From Macrostomum hystrix (Eukaryota > Animalia > Platyhelminthes): a DNA stretch of 64,000 nt. Shown here in pieces: positions 41,688 to 52,137 of this stretch. The stretch lies in assembly GCA_950097015.1 (NCBI GenBank), contig CATNEN010000031.1:2170001-2234000 (forward strand), in the 5' to 3' direction. The notes below the pieces were generated by a model, which did not search any database, was not told the origin of the DNA, and was given only the letters and a program-made list of their open reading frames with translations. The stretch's first letter is position 1; every line of letters begins with the position of its first letter. The translations under genes and the position numbers were made by a program.

Positions 41688-43855
41688 TGACTAAAGCTAC
41701 TGTGACTGGAGCTACTGTGACTGGAGCTACTGTGACTGGAGCTACAGTGACTAGAGCTACTGTGACTAGAGCTACTGTGACTACAGCTACTGTGACTGGA
41801 GCTACTGTGACTGGAGCTACTGTAACTGGAGCTACTGTGACTACAGCTACAGTGACTAGAGCTACTGTGACTACAGCTACTGTGACTAGAGCTACTGTGA
41901 CTAGAGCTACAGTGACTAGAGCTACTGTGACTAGAGCTACTGTGACTGGAGCTACTGTGACTAGAGCTACTGTGACTAGAGCTACTGTGACTGGAGCTAC
42001 AGTGACTAGAGCTACTGTGACTAGAGCTACTGTGACTACAGCTGCTGTGACTGGAGCTACTGTGACTGGAGCTACTGTGACTAGAGCTACTGTGACTGGA
42101 GCTACTGTGACTGGAGCTACTGTGACTGGAGCTACTGTGACCACAGCTACTGTGACTAGAGCTACTGTGACTGGAGCTACTGTGACTGGAGCTACTGTGA
42201 CTACAGCTACTGTGACTAGAGCTACTGTGACCACAGCTACTGTGACTAGAGCTACTGTGACTGGAGCTACTGTGACTGGAGCTACTGTGACTACAGCTAC
42301 TGTGACTAGAGCTACTGTGACTACAGCTACTGTGACTAGAGCTACTGTGACTGGAGCTACTGTGACTGGAGCTACTGTGACTAGAGCTACTGTGACTAGA
42401 GCTACTGTGACTAGAGCTACTGTGACTGGAGCTACTGTGACTGGAGCTACTGTGACTGGAGCTACTGTGACTGGAGCTACTGTGACTACAGCTACTGTGA
42501 CTAGAGCTACTGTGACTAGAGCTACTGTGACTAGAGCTACTGTGACTAGAGCTACTGTGACTACAGCTACTGTGACTAGAGCTACTGTGACTGGAGCTAC
42601 TGTGACTAGAGCTACTGTGACTACAGCTACTGTGACTGGAGCTACTGTGACTAGAGCTACTGTGACTGGAGCTACTGTGACTACAGCTACAGTGACTAGA
42701 GCTACTGTGACTACAGCTGCTGTGACTGGAGCTACTGTGACTGGAGCTACTGTGACTAGAGCTACTGTGACTGGAGCTACTGTGACTAGAGCTACTGTGA
42801 CTAGAGCTACTGTGACTACAGCTACTGTGACTGGAGCTACTGTGACTGGAGCTACTGTGACTACAGCTGCTGTGACTGGAGCTACTGTGACTGGAGCTAC
42901 TGTGACTAGAGCTACTGTGACTACAGCTACTGTGACTAGAGCTACTGTGACTAGAGCTACTGTGACTGGAGCTACTGTGACTGGAGCTACTGTGACTGGA
43001 GCTACTGTGACCACAGCTACTGTGACTAGAGCTACTGTGACTGGAGCTACTGTGACTGGAGCTACTGTGACTACAGCTACTGTGACTAGAGCTACTGTGA
43101 CTACAGCTACTGTGACTAGAGCTACTGTGACTGGAGCTACTGTGACTGGAGCTACTGTGACTAGAGCTACTGTGACTAGAGCTACTGTGACTAGAGCTAC
43201 TGTGACTGGAGCTACTGTGACTGGAGCTACTGTGACTGGAGCTACTGTGACTACAGCTACTGTGACTAGAGCTACTGTGACTAGAGCTACTGTGACTAGA
43301 GCTACTGTGACTAGAGCTACTGTGACTACAGCTACTGTGACTAGAGCTACTGTGACTGGAGCTACTGTGACTAGAGCTACTGTGACTAGAGCTACTGTGA
43401 CTAGAGCTACTGTGACTAGAGCTACTGTGACTGGAGCTACTGTGACTAGAGCTACTGTGACTGGAGCTACTGTGACTAGAGCTACTGTGACTAGAGCTAC
43501 TGTGACTAGAGCTACTGTGACTAGAGCTACTGTGACTGGAGCTACTGTGACTAGAGCTACTGTGACTAGAGCTACTGTGACTAGAGCTACTGTGACTGGA
43601 GCTACTGTGACTAGAGCTACTGTGACTAGAGCTACTGTGACTACAGCTACTGTGACTAGAGCTACTGTGACTGGAGCTACTGTGACTAGAGCTACTGTGA
43701 CTGGAGCTACTGTGACTAGAGCTACTGTGACTAGAGCTACTGTGACTGGAGCTACTGTGACTAGAGCTACTGTGACTAGAGCTACTGTGACTAGAGCTAC
43801 TGTGACTACAGCTACTGTGACTAGAGCTACTGTGACTAGAGCTACTGTGACTGCA
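41688..43855 (+). repeat. 15-bp minisatellite (gctactgtgact + aga/gga/aca), about 144 units
   Basis: Tandem repeat with three interspersed unit types. Confidence 0.97.
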
Positions 43856-44086
43856 GATGAAAATTAGTTTTTTAACCCCACCCCATTATAAACAAAGGAA
43901 CACAAATTGCTGGCATTACATTACACCACGTTAGAAATCCATCTAATGCACCACGAATTGTCTATGGCCGAAGCCTACTCAATAAGCATTACCGCCAACT
44001 GACAGCAGACTCGCTAGTCAACTGAGCGCAGGTGATGCAAAAGCAGTTTAATAAAATATTAGCCGCATCACGATTAGCTCGCTGCA

Positions 44087-45472
44087 ATGCCACATGGCGA
44101 ATGTCCGGACTCAGAAGGCTACCTGCTCAGCGACGAAGTTAACGAATGGCGCTTTAGCAACTCGGACGACCTTGAATCCGAGACAGTGCAAGCGCAGTGC
44201 GGCATCGGATTATCCGATAGCAACGCAGGAAACAGCGACAACACAGACACAATCGTCGGCTTATTCAGCCGTCTACACAATGCTGGCCTACAGCAGCGCT
44301 GTATGCCATCGGATTTCACAGTCCAGACCATCGCTGATGCCCTAGCAACGGCCAAGGAGGTGTTGCAATCCGAGCCGAACTGCCTGCAGCTCACTGGTCC
44401 CGTTGTGATATTCGGCGACTTGCACGGAGAGTTTCACTCGCTGGTCAAGCTGGTTGAAGTGATGGGACGACCGCCGCTGCGGTCCTACCTGTTCCTCGGC
44501 GACTATGTTGACCGCGGCCCGCTGTCCCTGGAGACAGTGTTCTACCTGCTGCTACTAAAGGCGCTCCACCCGCGCCACGTGTTCGTGCTGCGCGGCAACC
44601 ACGAGGACCGGCGAATTTATCGCTTCTTCAACTTCGAAGACGAACTCATCTCCATGTTCGGCCTGACTGCCGGCCAGAACCTCAGCAACTATTTCAACGA
44701 GACCTTCTGCTACATGCCCGTCTGTGCCATTCTCAACGGCGAGATCTTCTGCTGCCACGGCGGCCTGTCGCCCTACTTCAATCATCCGCGATTCGCCACC
44801 AGCCAGAGCGAGCTGGTTCATCGGATCAATGAGCCGTCAAAGCCGTTGAACTTTCGCAAGTCCGACTTCATCGCCGACCTGCTCTGGTCAGACGCCTTGG
44901 ACATTGTCGCCGAGATGCCCAGCCCGTCTGCCTACCCGGGCACAGCAGAGGAGTGGATTGAGCAGCGAAACTCTGCGGTTGGCGCTGCGAGGCAAACGAC
45001 AAGCGGCACAATGTCCGCCAACTTAAGGCCGCCGTCTCTGGGCCTAACCCAGCTGGCCCTCGTAGATAGCGCGTCGAATGCCGACGGTCACCAGGGCGTC
45101 GTCGAATGGATGCCGAATCCTCGCGGCTGCTCCTTCGTGTTCACCAAGGCGGCCTGCTTCAACTTCCTCCGGAAGCACCACCTGAACTGGCTGATCCGGG
45201 CGCATATGTTCGTGATGAACGGCTGCAAGCTGAGCTTCGACGGCCGCTGCGTGACCCTGTTCTCGGCCGCTGACTACGCTCAGCGCTATCGCAACACCGG
45301 CGCCGTGATGTTTATCCCAGGCCAGGCGTCTGACGGCGCCCGGTTTCCTGGCCGAATCCTGCGCTTCAGCAAGAAGAATCTCATGCAGTTTGGGAACCGA
45401 CTGCCCGACAATCCGGCCGACTGGCCCGACGAGATTCTGGGCAGGAAGTCGCCGGGTTTTTCGCGAAAATGA
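44087..45472 (+). CDS. Intronless divergent PP1-like (PPP family) Ser/Thr phosphatase, 461 aa
   Basis: GDLHG, GDYVDRG, LRGNHE, CHGG, DLLWSD, NPRG, RAH and TLFSA motifs appear in order. Confidence 0.92.
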   Translation: MPHGECPDSEGYLLSDEVNEWRFSNSDDLESETVQAQCGIGLSDSNAGNSDNTDTIVGLFSRLHNAGLQQRCMPSDFTVQTIADALATAKEVLQSEPNCLQLTGPVVIFGDLHGEFHSLVKLVEVMGRPPLRSYLFLGDYVDRGPLSLETVFYLLLLKALHPRHVFVLRGNHEDRRIYRFFNFEDELISMFGLTAGQNLSNYFNETFCYMPVCAILNGEIFCCHGGLSPYFNHPRFATSQSELVHRINEPSKPLNFRKSDFIADLLWSDALDIVAEMPSPSAYPGTAEEWIEQRNSAVGAARQTTSGTMSANLRPPSLGLTQLALVDSASNADGHQGVVEWMPNPRGCSFVFTKAACFNFLRKHHLNWLIRAHMFVMNGCKLSFDGRCVTLFSAADYAQRYRNTGAVMFIPGQASDGARFPGRILRFSKKNLMQFGNRLPDNPADWPDEILGRKSPGFSRK

Positions 45473-46087
45473 GCACAGTTTGAGTAGCGACAGTTGGTTT
45501 ATTTTGCTTTGTTCTTATCCAGATGCGCCGCACTGAAATATAATACGAATTCTGCTTTACAGGCGTGCCGCATATGCCACTACTGTCCGCCAGTAGTCAG
45601 TTTAAGCCGCTGCCGAATGCGCATTGTAAAGCATAGAATGATCTTAATTGTATGATCTTTTTCATACAACTTTGGCTCTTCAAAGAAATCTCGGTATCAA
45701 AGAGCCCGGAAGGCAGAAATATGCTGCCCTGAAAACTCAGTTCATTATCATGCTAAAAGCACTTGCTAGGCACAACAAATGCCATATTTCAAACGGTGCC
45801 AGATCTCCCAGGTCAGGCTGATGACTGCAGTGATTGACGTTCGTCAGAAAAATACAGAACATCTTTTTCTTTCTTAGAAATTCCTTTTATCCTCTGCTTA
45901 AAAATCACCAGATGTAGAACACATTTAGACTGTGTTTATCCGTGTCCTTGGGAAATTGCAGATAGACAAATGCGATTAAACATTGATGGTACAGCATTGA
46001 CTATTTTTAACTCATTTTTACCTCAGAATATTTTTCATTCAACCTAAAAACATCAGAAAGCCTTGCACGAAAAACTGACACAATGAT

Positions 46088-46535
46088 AGGAACCCTAGCT
46101 CACAGAACGGCAGTGATTGCCCTGAACCCTAGCTCACAGAACGGCAGTGATTGCCCTGAACCCTAGCTCACAGAACGGCAGTGATTGCCCTGAACCCTAG
46201 CTCACAGAACAGGCACAATGGCCATGAAACCCAACACTCAGAACAGGCACAATGGCCCTGAACCCCAACACTCAGAACAGGCACAATGGCCCTGAACCCC
46301 AACACTCAGAACAGGCACAATGGCCCTGAACCCCAACACTCAGAACAGGCACAATGGCCCTGAAACCCAACACTCAGAACAGGCACAATGGCCCTGAACC
46401 CCAACACTCAGAACAGGCACAATGGCCCTGAACCCCAACACTCAGAACAGGCACAATGGCCCTGAAACCCAACACTCAGAACAGGCACAATGGCCCTGAA
46501 CCCCAACACTCAGAACAGGCACAATGGCCCTGAAC
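46088..46535 (+). repeat. 34-bp minisatellite in two blocks of related variants
   Basis: ccctagctcacagaacggcagtgattgccctgaa x3-4, then cccaacactcagaacaggcacaatggccctgaac about x10. Confidence 0.92.
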
Positions 46536-46876
46536 CATACGACGGAATAAATCTGACTTAATGCTTAATTATCGAAGCGTCAATATGCTGCCAACAGAAA
46601 ACAAAAGATGTCTATTTTCAGGCTACTCAGTATAGAGAGCCACGCCAATCAGCCTAAAATGGAAGTTCACTTCGAAGAAGTCCATAGAAGGCATTGCCTC
46701 TCCTTACCAGGGGTTGGCTGCTGGCCGATGCATTTTTAAATGCGTTTTCTGTCGGCCAATCAGGTTGCTGCACGACCGGATTTAAGCAGAGTCTTTCCCG
46801 TCGAGGCCCAGCAGCTCCTAAAGGAAATATTTATCCTCCCCGAGACTTTAGAAACGAAATCAAAGCTTTCGAAAAT

Positions 46877-48365
46877 ATGGACTTTGTCCAGATGGTCATC
46901 GCGTCATTCATTGCGGCCAAAATCCTCATCATGATCATTGGCCTGCTTGGCAACCTGCTAGTGATTCTGGTGATTGTGAACACCAAACGGCTGCACACCA
47001 GGGTGTATGCTCTGCTAGTCAACCTGGCCGCAGCCGACCTGTTGTCACTAGTGATCTGCGTGCCGCACAGCATTCTGCAGGAGTTTCGAGAGCTCTACAA
47101 ACCAGATCTGCTGTGTGAGTAGCCGGCTGGTTGATTGCGTTGTGAAATAATAATTTAGCTAAGATTTTCTTGACTCCTTGGTCTAAAACCTTCCAGGTAA
47201 GCTTGCCTTCGGCTTCGAGCACCTGTTCACAATGGCCTCGAGTCTAACCATCGCTGTGATCGCGCTGGAGCGCCTAGTGGTGATCTGGATGCCGCTGCGA
47301 GGTCCCAGTCTACTCGGCCGCAACAGCCTCCGCGCCGCCGTCATGCTAGCCCTCTGGCTGGTGTCTCTGCTGGTCACGCTGCCGTTCTTCTGGCACGCCT
47401 CCGCCCTGTCTAGGTGGGTGCCGAGCAAGAGAAGCAGCAACAGCAGCAGAAGCAGCTCCGGTCGCTGGAATCACGTGTGCGTCTTGCCGAAGACCCCGTC
47501 GGGTGCCAACATCACCGAGCAGGACCGGCTGACTGTGAGCATCCTTGGCCTGCCGCCTGAGACCTTCTATATAGTCAGCACCTGCCTGGAGCTCTACCTG
47601 CCGATGCATCTCATTGTGCTGCTCTACGCCGCCATCTTCTACAAGCTGCTCCGCTCATTCCGTCGACTTGGCGGCGGCGCCAGAGGCGCGATTGGCGGCG
47701 GCGTCGAGCGTCGAAAGTCCAACAGTCAGCAGCAGCAGCAGCATCAACATTTTGGGAATCAGGAGATCCAGATGCAGGATCTGCAGCCGCAGCAGCAGCA
47801 GCAGCTTCTGCAGCAGCTCCAGCCGCGAACCACCTGTCGAGTTAACAACAGCGCTCTAATCGAACGAAAACGCGTCGTGTACTTTAGCCTCCTGGTGGCC
47901 ATCGTCTACTTTCTCACCGTGGCGCCTTTCCGCAGCATGGCTCTCTGCATGGCTAACGAAGATTGTTTCAACAGTCTGCAGCGCGGCATCGGGCAGAACG
48001 GCTTGTTCATCATCTTCCAGAGCCTGGCGATCCTGCTGTACGCCAACCACTGCCTGAACCCGGTGCTGTACAACCTGGCCTCTCGCAGATTTAGGCGAGC
48101 CACCGGCCACCTGCTGCGAACTTTCCTGCAGCGCTGGTGCCGCTGCTGCTTCGGCGGCGGGGGTGCTGGCGGCGGCGGCGGCTTCGCGGCCGGCGGTCGG
48201 AACGGCGGCGCCGGACGCTGCGGCGGCTTCGGCGTTGGCGGCGCCGGCTGCGACGGCGGCTGCGGCGGTGGCGGCGCAGGCGGCCTGGAGACGCGCACGC
48301 TGAGGGCGACCACTCGGCGAACGAAATTCAAGTCGCGAACCAACAACTGCGAGCTGCAGGTGTGA
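46877..48365 (+). CDS. Rhodopsin-class peptide GPCR (TRH/ETH/NMU/GHSR-like group); exons 46877-47114 and 47197-48365 (about 468 aa; N-terminus may extend upstream)
   Basis: GN in TM1, NLAAADL in TM2, C at top of TM3 split by a phase-1 intron, ERL at the DRY position, NPVLY in TM7, helix 8 SRRFR and a Cys cluster. Confidence 0.9.
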
Positions 48366-48739
48366 AGCTGGAGTTCTCCAATTAGTATCCGTGAACTCCA
48401 CCTGGTAACTGACGGGACTTGAGATTTACTAGACTCTCTGCTTCTGACTCTAGCTTCGTGTTCTATCTGAAAAGTGTTCTATAATTGATTATTTATCATT
48501 AGTCGCAGTTTTATTCTAACACTGTCCTTAAAAATTGCTTTCTAACAAAAGCCTTCATCCTCTTTAAGATGCACGCATTCTACAAATGATGTCACATTCC
48601 CTATTTTCTTGGAATAATTTATCTGACTAATTATTGACTAAATAAACTCGACTGACCACATTTTTATCAGCCCTGTTCATAACTAATTTGAAAAATCAAA
48701 TGAATGATTATCAATGCTTTCTTAGAAAAATTAAAGAAC

Positions 48740-48960
48740 AGGTTCTAGCCTTGTGTTTAGGGCGTCGGACTCACGACTTGAAGGTCGGGGTTTCGATTCC
48801 CGACTCTACTGGAACAATTTGTGTCCTTTAACACGGCACTTAGCTCTGAATTGCTTCAGTTCACCGAGCTGTTAAATCGTTACCAGCATTAGCCAGGGTG
48901 ATGGAGGGCGGTATAGCGTCCTCCCCAGTCCATGGACTGAACAATCGAACAGCCTTTACA
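48740..48960 (+). mobile_element. SINE family A copy
   Basis: tRNA-like head with gtttcgattc, CORE-like ttgtgtcctt...ttcagttcacc...gctgttaaat, and ccagtccatggactg. Confidence 0.8.
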
Positions 48961-49789
48961 AGCCGCTATGCCACTTACTGCACACTGTACACCTATCTAT
49001 CAAAAAATGCTTGAAATAAGTTTGATTCACTTTATAACTACTGAGATTTTCGTTGCATACAGACTCAAAGTTATTTATATCCGCTCTGCTCAGGAGGTAT
49101 TCCTTGACGCACCGAATTGACTTGACAGAGGGGCGGGCCAGCATTCATTCCTAAAAAGCGGCAGAATTCTGTCTATGAAAAAAATGCAAATACGATGGCA
49201 GCTTCCTTCATCAGGAAATGGAACGCCAGATATGAGAATAGGTGGCAAACACCAGCTCGGGTGAGGTGGAGGATTGCCGCCACTGATGGATTGGTCAGGA
49301 AGTTGACTCAACCAACTGTCGCCTGTCCCACAATCCATATACGAGTGTATTAGACTAAATGAGATAGGAATGCGGCTGAGGGTGTTAGCTGGTTGTTTGA
49401 TGTCAAACAGCAAGCTAGTTTGCCAGCTCTTAGGCTGATAATAATGGGCTGGCTAACACACGTTAGGGACTATAGAAAGGGTGAGAGCTGCATTTAAACA
49501 AATAAGGAATTGTCTCACCTGTTCTCTGTCTAACAGTGAATGTTTGCCTCATGACATCAGCTTATATTAGCAATTTACCTTCCAGAAAAGCTGAATTTCT
49601 TCTGGGATTAATGGCTTCTTTAATTGCTTTAATTATCACGTGGTTTCTAAGAATGGATTGACACATATGCGGGCAGTGAAATCACTGTTGATTTTTCAAT
49701 TCCTGCCTATGACGAGGTCCTAACCGAAGTCAAAAAGCTATAATTTTCAAAAACCTCTGCAGATTGTCCTAGTACATTTGTAGTTTTTT

Positions 49790-49908
49790 TTCCTAATATC
49801 TATGTTGATTCTCCTAAAATCTCTATAGATTCTTCTAAAATCTCTATAGATCCTCCTAAGATCTCTATAGATTCTCCTAAAATCTCTATAGATTCTCCTA
49901 AAATCTAT
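49790..49908 (+). repeat. 21-bp minisatellite (attctcctaaaatctctatag), left part split by the LINE
   Basis: Same unit resumes at 55962. Confidence 0.95.
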
Positions 49909-50135
49909 GCTCGCACCGGCGGGACACAGTGCCTGTGAGGTATGAGTCAGTCCAGGCCCACGGGCTTTGGTCTGCGATGCCTCACACCTGCAGCCGTTTT
50001 TTGAGCAGGCCTGGCAGGAAGGAGACCTGTACCTTCGGGTGCAGGAATCCCTCCAACGCTGTCCCGTCAGCTGACCCATGGGTACACGTCCCGCGAGTGT
50101 TCAAGGCTGACCCTAGGGCAGCCGGACAGAATGGG
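49909..50135 (+). ncRNA. HDV-like self-cleaving ribozyme (predicted fold)
   Basis: P1 GCTCGC/GCGAGT with G1-U wobble, P2 CCCAT/ATGGG, P3 GGG/CCC, L3 TACACGT, P1.1 AC/GT, CAA, P4 GGCTG/CAGCC, J4/2 CAGA (catalytic C50127). G1 equals the element boundary. Confidence 0.8.
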
Positions 50136-50577
50136 CAACAGCGCTGGATGACCCATCCAGGGCCTCCGGCCAAACTGGGTACCTCTAGCCCCGGCTGGAG
50201 GGAAAGGTGTCACCCTTTGACCTTAACAGGGTATGTGGCTTGTCCGCAATTTTCGTGCACCTGTGCGTGATCAGGTACCTCTGGCTACGGCCCTGAGGGA
50301 CAGGTGTCACCCTTTGACCTTAACAGGGTTTGCGGCCAGCCCGCAGGCCTCGGCGCCGGCTCAATGGCACCCTCCAATGTCCCAGTGTTGACCGTGCTGA
50401 TGGACGCTTGGCCAGGGAGTAGTCTGGTCTCTTACGGTTCCTCCCGGTGGTCCTGGCATCCCACCCCGGGTTGTAACTTGTCTTTTTTGGCTGCCCCCGC
50501 TCAGTTTTGGGATCGCGGCTGAGCGGGTTATTCCTGCCTGTGTCTACAGGAAGCCCCTCTCTTCATTGCAGCTTTCA

Positions 50578-52125
50578 ATGGCTTCTAGCCCTTCAACTGC
50601 TCCGGCCGAGGACACCATGGTGCCTGAGGCCATACACGCTGCGGCGCCCGGGCTAGCTGGCCCCGCGACCGCCACAAATGCCGCGCTGCCCAACTCGCGC
50701 GATGACCGGGGCGCTAAGCGCTCCACCACCTCTGGAGCGGCAAAACGCCGTAGGCGCATGCTGGCCCACGGCACGTCGGCTCCATTGACCAAGGACCAGG
50801 CCCAGGCCAGAGGGGCCGAAGGGGCTCTGCCTAGGGCGGGGGCTGGGGCGGGGGGCCTTGTGCCTCCTGCCCAGGCTCCTGCACGGGGCGGAGCCCACGA
50901 CGCCCCGAGGCCAGGGTCGCGGGCCAAGGAGGGCCCGGCGCCCATCCGGACGGCTGCCCGGCCCGAAGGAGAAGCGGAGGCGGAGGGCCCTGTGCCCACC
51001 GCCGACGCAGATCCCGAGGGTGGGGACGCCACCGGACAGGGCCCGGGACCACAAGCTACCTACGCCGCCATCGCACGTAGGCAACCTGCCGTCATCATCA
51101 CCGGCAGAGACGGGAAAAGGCTGAGCAGCGAACAGCTCAGCGACATTTGCCGCAACATAGATGCTATGTTGTGGCAACTTCAACTGAAGGGCGAGCCCCT
51201 GGCGGTCGGCGCAAGCGCTACCAGGGAATCGTGCTTCGTCGTCTGGCCCGGCGATGCGGAATCGGGGCGGCGGCTCCTCGAGTTGCTGCCCACGCAGAGC
51301 TGGGCGGCTGGCCTCGAGTTCCTACGGGAGAACGAGCCACCAAAGACCAAGCGACACCGTATCTTCGTCCCGGCGAAAAGTGTCGTCACCAGCGCTGAGG
51401 ACCTCCGCAGGGGCCTCATCGCGATGAACCGGGAGCTGCCGACAGCGGGCCTGATCGTGCACCGCACGATCCTGCGCCCCGACGGCACCGGTTTCACCGC
51501 CATTCTGGGCCTGTCCGAGCAATGGACACGCCGCTACCCAGATGGCGCCAACATTTGCATTGGTCTGTGGAAGACCAAAATCTTCGCCTTCGAGGCGGAT
51601 AAAACCCGAGGTCAGACCGGGCCCACCACCGTACCGGCCAATGAAGGGTCCTCGGACCCCAAGGCTGGGACTGGGGGCAGGGCCCAGTCGTCCCGCCAAA
51701 AAAGGCCAGAGCGTGCCATCGCTGGCAGCTCTGAGCGTCGCCCCGCGCGTGTCACAAAGCGCCGGGGCCTTCTCCAGCGGGCCTCCGAGGTGGTGCGAAC
51801 CGCCAAGATGGCCCAGCTGCGCGCTGAGATGCGCGGTGGCCCAGCGGGGCAGGCGCCGCAACCAAGGGCTACGGGGGAGGCCTCAGAGGTGCCCAGCTCC
51901 ATCGAGCAGGGCCCTTCGAGCGCCCCTCCCACGGCCCAGGGAGCGGTGTCGGCTCCAGTTGAGGGCGACTCTGGGCCTGGGCTCGGGGCCGGGGGCGGGG
52001 ACTGGGCGGCTGACGCCGTCGAGTTCCCGTCTCCGGCTCGGGGCCTGGGCACGGAGGAGCCCATGGCTACCGACATCGACCCGGAGGAGGAGGACCGCCT
52101 TCTGGCTGGGTCCCCCTCCAAGTAG
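50578..52125 (+). CDS. LINE ORF1 (Gag-like, no CCHC knuckle, DUF4780-like central domain)
   Basis: Long Ala/Pro/Gly-rich ORF upstream of the pol ORF. RHRIFVP...LIAMNRELP...ICIG resembles Loa-type ORF1 from memory; not searched. Confidence 0.8.
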   Translation: MASSPSTAPAEDTMVPEAIHAAAPGLAGPATATNAALPNSRDDRGAKRSTTSGAAKRRRRMLAHGTSAPLTKDQAQARGAEGALPRAGAGAGGLVPPAQAPARGGAHDAPRPGSRAKEGPAPIRTAARPEGEAEAEGPVPTADADPEGGDATGQGPGPQATYAAIARRQPAVIITGRDGKRLSSEQLSDICRNIDAMLWQLQLKGEPLAVGASATRESCFVVWPGDAESGRRLLELLPTQSWAAGLEFLRENEPPKTKRHRIFVPAKSVVTSAEDLRRGLIAMNRELPTAGLIVHRTILRPDGTGFTAILGLSEQWTRRYPDGANICIGLWKTKIFAFEADKTRGQTGPTTVPANEGSSDPKAGTGGRAQSSRQKRPERAIAGSSERRPARVTKRRGLLQRASEVVRTAKMAQLRAEMRGGPAGQAPQPRATGEASEVPSSIEQGPSSAPPTAQGAVSAPVEGDSGPGLGAGGGDWAADAVEFPSPARGLGTEEPMATDIDPEEEDRLLAGSPSK

Positions 52126-52137
52126 ACCTCTGCCTGC

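Noticed and set aside
41624-43867. 747-aa (TVT-R/G/T-A)n ORF as an antifreeze-like or adhesive protein
   Set aside because: It starts inside an antisense SINE, has no signal peptide or convincing splice sites, and an open frame is expected for this 15-mer.
27329-45472. RVxF microprotein and the neighbouring PP1-like enzyme as a dedicated pair
   Set aside because: They are 17 kb apart, and the enzyme's RVxF-groove residues look altered. Canonical PP1 is the likelier partner.
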